Shown here one piece after another: positions 22,428 through 28,495 of a stretch of DNA of 28,495 bases. The stretch covers positions 1-28,495 of the forward strand of contig DATLLB010000360.1 of assembly GCA_035538075.1 (NCBI GenBank), in the 5' to 3' direction. The first letter of the stretch is position 1. Each line of letters opens with the position of its first letter. The translations under genes were made by a program, and so were the position numbers. This DNA is from Enhygromyxa sp. (GTDB lineage: Bacteria; Myxococcota_A; Polyangia; Nannocystales; Nannocystaceae). Below the pieces are notes generated by a model that ran no database searches, had not been told where the DNA came from, and saw only the letters and a list, made by a program, of their open reading frames with translations.

Positions 22428-23747
22428 TCAGCGCTTGGGCTTGCGACCGAGTCGCAGGCCGGTGCCCGTGTGCGTGCCTTCGTTGCTGCGGGCCGGCGCG
22501 GAGCCGGTGCGATAGCTGGCCGAGCTGGTCGACTCGCGCGGGGCCTCGCCTTCGCCCTCGGCCTTGCGCTTGGGTCGGCCGGCTCGACGCAGGCTGCCGC
22601 GCTTGGCTCGACGGCGAGCTTGCGCCTCCTCGTCGAGCCACGGTGACGAAGGCTCGCGCTCGCGCTCGTCGGGCGCTTCGTCGAGCAGCGGATCGTCGTC
22701 GTCGAGCTCTTCGAACGCGACCGGCTCACGCTCGGGCCGGCGCGGTCGAGCGACCGTTCGCTCGCGGCTGTCCTCCCACTCGAGCTCGCGCGTGATCGGG
22801 CGATCGTCCCAGTCCTCTTCTTCGCGCTCCGGCTCGCGCTCGCGCGCGAGCGAGCCCGCGGGTGCGAGGCGCTCGGGGCTGCGGCGGCCGGCGTCCAGGC
22901 GACCGGACGAGCGAGTCGTCGGCGTGAACGGCTGCGTCGGCTGCTCGTGAGCGCGGCGCGGCGCGTCGGTCTCCCAGCGATCCTGCTCCCAGCGCTCCTG
23001 CCCGTGCTCGCGTGGTCGCGCCGCAGGGCTGCGCGCGAGCGGGCGCTCGTACTCCTCGCGCCGCGGCTCCCGAGCGCGACGCGAGGACGGCTCGTCGGCG
23101 TACAAATCTCGACGCGGGCGCTCGGGCTCGCGGATCGGCTCGCGCCGACCAGGCCGCTCGCGCTCGTAGTCGTCCCTTCGCAGCTCGCGACTCACACGCG
23201 GCGGGGGCTCGGGCTCGCTCGGCCCCAGCCACGGCGCCGCGCTCAGCTCGGCGTTGCGTCCGGCGGCGTGCGGATCATCGATCTCGCTGGCGAGCCCGAT
23301 GCCCGGCGGTCGCCAGCCGGCGTCCATGCGCTCGCGCATCAGCTCCTGCACCTGCCGCAGCAACGCGAAGTACTCCTTGCGCGTGCGCTTCTCGTTGAGC
23401 ACGTAGAACTCGACGCCCTCGAGCCCGACGCAGCCGAGGCAGTGCACGCAGTCGATGCAGCTCACGCACAGCGTCAGGTAGCGCGAGCTCCTGCAGTCGC
23501 GGCAGTCCTCGCAGTAGCTGACCTTCTCGCAGCTGACACAGCGCTTCGACTGCGTGCAGCTGGTGCAGTCGATCGACTCTTCGCAGTAGGTGCAGTCCTC
23601 GCACGAGTCACAGCCCACGCAGAATCGACAGTGGTTGCACTTGCGACAGTCTTCGCAGCCGAAATTGCCCTCGCCCGGCTCGTCGTCCGTGGTCTCGCGC
23701 TCGTCGATCAGCGTCTCGAGCGTGCGCAGAAAGTCGTCGAGGGTCAT
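22428..23747 (-). CDS. cytoplasmic Cys-periodic (C-x-x)n protein with a long Arg/Glu/Pro/Asp-rich disordered tail
   Basis: Track ORF 22428..23795 trimmed to ATG 23747 (MTLDDFLRTLETLIDERE...), giving 439 aa. Residues 31-106 contain 21 Cys, all in the same 3-residue register (31,34,...,55,61,64,70,73,79,82,85,94,...,106). There is no signal peptide. Residues ~190-439 are low-complexity R/E/P/D-rich. Confidence 0.7.
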   Translation of the reverse strand: MTLDDFLRTLETLIDERETTDDEPGEGNFGCEDCRKCNHCRFCVGCDSCEDCTYCEESIDCTSCTQSKRCVSCEKVSYCEDCRDCRSSRYLTLCVSCIDCVHCLGCVGLEGVEFYVLNEKRTRKEYFALLRQVQELMRERMDAGWRPPGIGLASEIDDPHAAGRNAELSAAPWLGPSEPEPPPRVSRELRRDDYERERPGRREPIREPERPRRDLYADEPSSRRAREPRREEYERPLARSPAARPREHGQERWEQDRWETDAPRRAHEQPTQPFTPTTRSSGRLDAGRRSPERLAPAGSLAREREPEREEEDWDDRPITRELEWEDSRERTVARPRRPEREPVAFEELDDDDPLLDEAPDEREREPSSPWLDEEAQARRRAKRGSLRRAGRPKRKAEGEGEAPRESTSSASYRTGSAPARSNEGTHTGTGLRLGRKPKR

Positions 23748-23862
23748 TTGCCGCTCGTTCGAGGGTACGCGCCTGCTTCGTCCAGATCCAATCAATCCGC
23801 ACGCGATGCGCCGCGCCGTCTGGACGGATGCGCCGGTGCGCGACTACACTCCGCCGGCTTTC

Positions 23863-24393
23863 ATGCACGCACTCCAACGAATCGGCCGCGTAGCGCTGGC
23901 TGCGCTGGCCTTCGGAACAGCGCTGGGCTGCCAGCCCAAGATCGGCGATCCGTGCAAGCGCGCGCTCGACTGCGGAATCAACGTGATCCGCCAGTGCGAC
24001 GTGTCGAACGCCCCGCGCGATCCCAACGGCGAAGGCGAGTGCATCGTCGAGAACTGCAGCTACGGCGTGTGCCCCAAGGAGGCGGAGTGCGTGAAGATCT
24101 ACGCCTCCGAGTTCCTCTCGGTCAGCTGCGATCCCGACCTCGAGGACGTGCCCGCGTCGTCCGACGGCGTCGCGATCCTCGACGACTGCAGCCCCAACGA
24201 GGTCTGCCTGCCCGAGGGCCTCTGCGCCGATGAGATCCGCGCGCGGACCAGCTGCCGGCTCGAGTGCGACGACAACCGGGACTGCCGCGACAACTACAAG
24301 TGCGTGAGCACTGGCGTCGGCGGGGTCTACGTCGCCCCCGATCCGGCCGATCCCACCGCCCAGCACACCACGAAGATCTGCGTCCCTCGCTGA
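23863..24393 (+). CDS. Cys-rich secreted lipoprotein (about 17 Cys in 176 aa)
   Basis: Track ORF 23590..24393. I prefer the start at ATG 23863 (MHALQRIGRVALAALAFGTALGC, signal peptide plus lipobox-like ALGC); ATG 23806 is an alternative. The mature part is acidic with regularly spaced Cys residues. It is divergent from the (C-x-x)n gene. Confidence 0.65.
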   Translation: MHALQRIGRVALAALAFGTALGCQPKIGDPCKRALDCGINVIRQCDVSNAPRDPNGEGECIVENCSYGVCPKEAECVKIYASEFLSVSCDPDLEDVPASSDGVAILDDCSPNEVCLPEGLCADEIRARTSCRLECDDNRDCRDNYKCVSTGVGGVYVAPDPADPTAQHTTKICVPR

Positions 24394-24401
24394 GTTCTCA
24401 A

Positions 24402-24465
24402 GTGCTTTTCGGCGATGCGCCGAAACACACTCCCAAAAATCGCTGCGCGATTTTCGGGAGCACGC
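24402..24465. repeat. 64-bp double-hairpin repeat, right copy (reverse complement of 22355-22418, 62/64 identical)
   Basis: GTGCTTTTCGGCGATGCGCCGAAACACACTCCCAAAAATCGCTGCGCGATTTTCGGGAGCACGC. It differs from the reverse complement of the left copy at only 2 positions: one in the hairpin A stem and one in its loop. It also lies between convergent stop codons. Confidence 0.95.
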
Positions 24466-24474
24466 GAACACAAC

Positions 24475-25737
24475 TCAAAATAACTCGGGGATTGGCTTGC
24501 CGGCTTCGTCGACGGTGGTCACCGGGCGGCCTTCGGGCGTGACGTGGACCTCGCCGGCGTCGAGGCCGAGCGCAGTCGCGAGGCTCGCGTAGAGCTCGGG
24601 TACGGTCACCGGACGCTCGCGGATCTCCTCGCCGTCGCGATCGCTCGCGCCGATCACCGCGCCGCCGCCGATCGGTCCGCCGCCGAGCACCACCGAGCTG
24701 ATCTTCGGGAAGTGATCGCGGCCGCCCTTGCCGTTGATGCGAGGCGTGCGGCCGAAGTCGCCGAGCCACACCAGCAAGGTGTCGGACCACAGGCCGCTGG
24801 CGATCAGATCGTCGATCAGCGCCGCGGTGGCGCGATCGAGCTCGGCCGAGAGCGTGCGGACCTGCGCGAAGTTGTCGTCGTGGGTGTCCCAGCCGCGCAT
24901 GCCGACCTCGACGAAGCTGACTCCGGCCTCGAGCAAGCGTCGGGCCATCATGCAGCCGTCGGCGAAGCGGCCGTTGCCGTAGCGCTCGCGCGCGGCTCGG
25001 GGCTCGCGGTCGAGCTCGAACGCGCCGAGCTGCGGCGCACGACTCATCGCGACCGCCTGCTCACCGACCGCTCGCGCCGCGCTCACGCGCGCCGAACCAT
25101 GGTCGCGGGCAAAGTTGCTCTCGAGATCGCGCCACAGCTCGACGCGTCGATCGACCCGCGCGGGCGCGAGGTCGTTGGGCGGCGCGAGGTTGCGAACCGG
25201 CTTGCTCGCGTCCGGCACAGTGAACGGCGCCCAGCCAGCGCCGAGATAGCCGGGCCCGGTGCCCGGCAAGTTGAGGGTCACGAAGCCGGGCAGATCGTCG
25301 CTCTCGTGGATCGAGCGAGCGACGTGCGAGCCGAACCCCGGATGCGAGACGCCGCCCTGCGGGACGAAGCCGGTCTGCATCAGATAGCGCGCGCGCTCAT
25401 GGTTGCCTTCCTTGGCGGTCAGCGTGCGGATCAACGCGAGGTGGTGCATGCGGGCCGCGAGCATCGGCAGGTGCTCGGAGACCTGCAGGCCGCTGACCGA
25501 GCTCTCGATCGCCTTGAACTCGCCGCCGGTCGGGCGCCCGGGCTTCGGATCGAAGGTGTCGATCTGGCTGGCGCCGCCGTGCATGAACAGCACCACGCAG
25601 CGCTTGGCCGCGACCACGTTTGCGAGCGCGTCGGTGCCTGCGTGCGCGCGGCGAGAGCTCGAGCCCGCGCCGGCCAGGAGCGTCATGAGCCCCGCCCCGA
25701 GGCCCGTGCGAAGAAAGCTGCGTCGATCGAGGGTCAT
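24475..25737 (-). CDS. DUF1501 domain protein (sulfatase-like fold) with Tat-type signal
   Basis: 420-aa ORF. The N-terminus MTLDRRSFLRTGLGAGL... is twin-arginine-like. The body matches my memory of DUF1501 (HGGASQIDTFDPKP, GDFGRTPRIN, GRDH). Confidence 0.85.
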   Translation of the reverse strand: MTLDRRSFLRTGLGAGLMTLLAGAGSSSRRAHAGTDALANVVAAKRCVVLFMHGGASQIDTFDPKPGRPTGGEFKAIESSVSGLQVSEHLPMLAARMHHLALIRTLTAKEGNHERARYLMQTGFVPQGGVSHPGFGSHVARSIHESDDLPGFVTLNLPGTGPGYLGAGWAPFTVPDASKPVRNLAPPNDLAPARVDRRVELWRDLESNFARDHGSARVSAARAVGEQAVAMSRAPQLGAFELDREPRAARERYGNGRFADGCMMARRLLEAGVSFVEVGMRGWDTHDDNFAQVRTLSAELDRATAALIDDLIASGLWSDTLLVWLGDFGRTPRINGKGGRDHFPKISSVVLGGGPIGGGAVIGASDRDGEEIRERPVTVPELYASLATALGLDAGEVHVTPEGRPVTTVDEAGKPIPELF

Positions 25738-25746
25738 GGTGTCCGA

Positions 25747-27399
25747 TCAGTGGTTGGAGGCGAACTCGCTCGAGTAGAGCATTGCGAACATCAGGTCTTC
25801 CCAGTCGCGGGCCCGCTCGCCGTCGCCGACCGCCTCGCGTGCGAGCGCGAGCTCGTCGGCGCTCGGGCGACGGCCGTAGACGGTCAGCCACAGCGCCTCG
25901 AGCCGCGCGTCGGTGGCCTCGCTCGCGGACAGGATCTCCGCGAGGCTGCCGCCCTCGCGCGCGACCACGCCTTGATTGGTGATCGCCCCGTTGAGCAGCA
26001 GCAGCGCCTGCGGGACGTTGCCCGAGAACGCGTCGGCGCTGCCCATCTCGTCGTCCGAGAACACGAACTGGTACTCGAGCAGCGCAGCCTCTCGGCGCTG
26101 CCGGACGGCCTTGCGAAACGCCCGGCCTTCGACCTGCTCGAGCCCGGTCACGGTGATCAACGACGCGAACAGCTGCTCGGCCGAGAGCGGTCGCACGGCC
26201 GCGCGCGCGAACGCGGCCTCGGCTGCGGCGATCTTCGTGGGCTCGGTCTGCGGCCCGATCGAGCTGCGCTGATACGCCTGCGAGAGCACGACGCTGCGGA
26301 TCAGCGCGCGCAGGTCATGGCCGCTCGCGCGAAACTCCGCGGCCAACAACGTGAGCAACGCCGGCCGCTCGCTGGCGTCGAGCAGGTCATCCCAGGGCTC
26401 GACGATCCCGCGCCCGAGCAAGCGCGTCCACACGTGGCCGACCGTGGCCTCGGCGAAGCGCGGATCCTCGACGATCAGCGCGGCCAGCTGCGCGCGACGA
26501 TCCTCCGCGTCCGCTTCGTTCGCGGCGCCCATGAAGCGCGGCGCGATCAATTGCTTGGGTGCGTCCTCGCGATCGTCGAGCGCCACGCGAAGCTCTCCCC
26601 GCGGACGCTCGCGCACCTCGGCCGCAGGCGGGCCCTCGCCCGAGCGATCGAACGCGACCTTGGTGCGCCCGAAGAAGGCTGCCTGCGCCCAAAAGTCCTC
26701 GCGCGAGAAGCTCGGGTCGTACGGGTGATCGTGACACTGCGCGCACTCGATCTTCGCGCCCAAGAACACCCGCGCGGTGGTCGAGCTCAGATCGGCGACC
26801 AGCTCCTCGCGCGGCACTCCACGGGCCGCGCGTCCAGCCAGGTAGCCCAGCTGTGCGGCGTCATCGAGCGAGCCTTCACTGGCGAGCAGCTCGTCGACGA
26901 CTCGATCCCACGCGCGGTTCTCCAGCAGCGCCGCGCTGAAGTAACGCTCGAGCGACTCGCCGGCGATCCGTCGCACGCGAGCGTCGCTGGGCAGCAGCGC
27001 GTCGACCCAGATGCCGGCCCAGTGCGCCGCGAACTCGTCACTCGACAGCAGCGCGTCGATCGTCTTGCTGCGCTTGTCGGAGCTCGCGTCGGCCAGGAAC
27101 GCCTCGACCTCGGCCCGCGTCGGGACTCGGCCGATCAGATCCAAGCTCGCGCGGCGCAGGAACTCGGCGTCGCTCGCCAGCGGGCTCGGCTCGATCCCCC
27201 GCTCGGCCCAGCGACGCTCGAGCTCGGCGTCGAGCGGCGAGGCGTGGGCCGAGGGTTGTTCGCGCGGCTGCGGCTGCGGCTCGGCCTCGCTGCCCGATCG
27301 CCCGGCACAGCCCAGGCTCAGCAGGGCGACCACGATCCCCATGCGACCGAGCGCCGCGGCGGCGCCGAGCTTGGGTTGGACTTGCATCGCCCTTGGCAT
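25747..27399 (-). CDS. DUF1549/DUF1553 domain protein (PSD1-like), signal peptide or lipoprotein
   Basis: 550-aa ORF. It has DUF1549-type motifs FLRRASLDLIGRVPTRAEVEAFL, EFAAHWAGIWVDAL and CAQCHDHPYDP, and a DUF1553-like C-terminal half. It ends 9 nt upstream of the DUF1501 gene, which is the usual pairing. Confidence 0.85.
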   Translation of the reverse strand: MPRAMQVQPKLGAAAALGRMGIVVALLSLGCAGRSGSEAEPQPQPREQPSAHASPLDAELERRWAERGIEPSPLASDAEFLRRASLDLIGRVPTRAEVEAFLADASSDKRSKTIDALLSSDEFAAHWAGIWVDALLPSDARVRRIAGESLERYFSAALLENRAWDRVVDELLASEGSLDDAAQLGYLAGRAARGVPREELVADLSSTTARVFLGAKIECAQCHDHPYDPSFSREDFWAQAAFFGRTKVAFDRSGEGPPAAEVRERPRGELRVALDDREDAPKQLIAPRFMGAANEADAEDRRAQLAALIVEDPRFAEATVGHVWTRLLGRGIVEPWDDLLDASERPALLTLLAAEFRASGHDLRALIRSVVLSQAYQRSSIGPQTEPTKIAAAEAAFARAAVRPLSAEQLFASLITVTGLEQVEGRAFRKAVRQRREAALLEYQFVFSDDEMGSADAFSGNVPQALLLLNGAITNQGVVAREGGSLAEILSASEATDARLEALWLTVYGRRPSADELALAREAVGDGERARDWEDLMFAMLYSSEFASNH

Positions 27400-27676
27400 C
27401 CCACGCTCGCGCGTCGAATGCAGCTGTCTTGATGTGGGCTTTTGCTCGGGTTTACGGCCGCTTCACGCGCCGCACGCCGGTCCGGGCTGGTAGACTGAAA
27501 TTGTACCGCCCGTAAACGCGGGTCGATCCCACTGCGACATGACGGACGTGCTGTCACCAGCAGAAGACCGCGGCTGCGGTGCGGCATCGATCGGGGCGCT
27601 GCGACCTCAGCTCGTGCCCAGCCCTGCCACCGAGTCGGCCACGCCTCGGGAGCGCACGATCGAGCGTTTCGATCGG

Positions 27677-28243
27677 ATGGACGAGATCGAGCTGATGCGG
27701 GCCGTGGCGGCCCACGAACCCAAGGCCGAGGCCGAGCTCGTTCGTCGGATCATCGCGCTGGTGCGGGCGCGGGCGCGGGTGCTGACCCGCAGCAAGGCCG
27801 ACGCCGACGATGCGGCCCAGAGCGCGATGGTGGAGATCCTGCGCTCGGCCCCCAACTACCGGGGTGACGGCTCGCTCGCGGGCTGGTGCGAGCGCATCAC
27901 GGTGCGCACGACCTTGCGCCTGCAACGAAGGCAAGCGCGGGTGGTCGCGCCGATCGACCTGGCGGTCAACCCCGACGACGTGAGCGCGACCGTCCCCGAG
28001 CAGAACCTGTCCGAGACGATCCCCGGCGGCGAGGTCGAGCGCTACCTGCTCGAGCTCTCCGACGATCGCCACAAAGCGCTGGTCCTGCGCCACGTGCTGG
28101 GCCACTCGGTCGACGAGATCGCCGAGCAGACCGGCGTGTCCCCCAACACCGTGAAGGACCGGCTTCGCATGGCCCGAAAACAAGTCCGACAGGCGATCCG
28201 CAAGCACGAGCTGATCGCCTCCGTCAAGCGAGGGCGCCCATGA
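27677..28243 (+). CDS. ECF-type RNA polymerase sigma-70 family factor
   Basis: Track ORF 27539..28243. The sigma region 2 pattern starts near ATG 27677 (MDEIELMRAVAAHEPKAEAELVRRI..., DADDAAQSAMVEILR). Region 4 is an HTH (HSVDEIAEQTGVSPNTVKDRLRMARKQV). The start could be 27539. Confidence 0.85.
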   Translation: MDEIELMRAVAAHEPKAEAELVRRIIALVRARARVLTRSKADADDAAQSAMVEILRSAPNYRGDGSLAGWCERITVRTTLRLQRRQARVVAPIDLAVNPDDVSATVPEQNLSETIPGGEVERYLLELSDDRHKALVLRHVLGHSVDEIAEQTGVSPNTVKDRLRMARKQVRQAIRKHELIASVKRGRP

Positions 28244-28495
28244 GCCAGCACGACGTCGAGCGTGACCGCTGGGAGGCGCTGATCGAGCGTGAAGCGATCG
28301 GTGAGTCGCTCGCGGCCGAGGAGCAGGAATTCATCGCCCGCTACGAAGCGGAGCACCTCGAGCTCGCGCACGAGCGAGCGGTGTTCGAGGCTGCGATCGA
28401 CTCGCTGCGCGAGCAGCTCGAGGTCGAGGACGACGAGCTGACGCTCGCGCGCCAGGGCCAAGCTGCGCTGGCCCGCTATCGATCGGAGCGCGACG
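28240..28495 (+). CDS. probable anti-sigma factor, N-terminal part (runs off the right window edge)
   Basis: Absent from the ORF track because it is open-ended. ATG 28240 overlaps the sigma factor stop as ATGA. It translates as MSQHDVERDRWEALIEREAIGESLAAEEQEFIARYEAEHLELAHERAVFEAAIDSL... The call is based on position only. Confidence 0.4.
   Translation, partial: MSQHDVERDRWEALIEREAIGESLAAEEQEFIARYEAEHLELAHERAVFEAAIDSLREQLEVEDDELTLARQGQAALARYRSERD

Noticed and set aside
24544-27432. 962-aa plus-strand ORF
   Set aside because: It is antisense to the DUF1501 and DUF1549/1553 genes and has no motifs.
27500-27528. Sigma70-type promoter for the DUF1549 operon (minus-strand TACAAT at 27500-27505)
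   Set aside because: The -10 hexamer is good, but the best -35 candidate (TCGACC) is only 15 nt away and other spacings give poor hexamers. The evidence is insufficient.
1-28495. CRISPR arrays, IS elements/transposases, rRNA, tmRNA
   Set aside because: I scanned for regularly spaced direct repeats, for terminal inverted repeats enclosing transposase-like ORFs, and for conserved rRNA or tmRNA motifs, and found none. The only notable repeats are the 64-bp inverted pair and the shared 5' 22 nt of the two tRNA-Ser genes.

Overview
High-GC (roughly 68-70% by eye) bacterial chromosomal segment. The gene content (a giant kinase-like/TPR protein, many lipoproteins, Cys-rich proteins, a DUF1549-DUF1553/DUF1501 pair, an ECF sigma factor) suggests a myxobacterium-like genome; that taxonomic call is inference only. 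Most of the window is ordinary. In order: a patatin-like lipase and trmB (translationally coupled); a sensor-less histidine-kinase-like protein and a WYL regulator; two tandem tRNA-Ser genes followed by a small SRP RNA that the ORF track cannot show; an orphan exbD; a thioredoxin-like lipoprotein; a hotdog-fold protein; pepD; cysE; an S41 protease; and a Roadblock-like/Crp-Fnr/S41/lipoprotein operon. Three regions deserve a second look. (1) 13.9-19.9 kb: a 2017-aa protein with a SIR2-like N-terminus lacking the motif Asn, a kinase fold with every catalytic residue replaced, about 1000 aa of TPR, and an unassigned C-terminal domain. (2) 20.1-21.15 kb: a minus-strand cassette of a PTH2-like ORF, an 87-aa ORF and a stand-alone S24 peptidase domain. 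The only usable start codon of the PTH2-like ORF lies inside a complete but non-canonical 72-nt tRNA-like cloverleaf. (3) 22.36-24.47 kb: a divergent gene pair bounded by two 64-bp repeats in inverted orientation (62/64 identical), each a double hairpin. One gene encodes a cytoplasmic protein with cysteines at strict 3-residue periodicity (21 Cys in 76 residues); the other encodes a Cys-rich lipoprotein. I saw no CRISPR array, integrase, transposase or rRNA. All homology statements come from motif recognition by eye, not from database searches.
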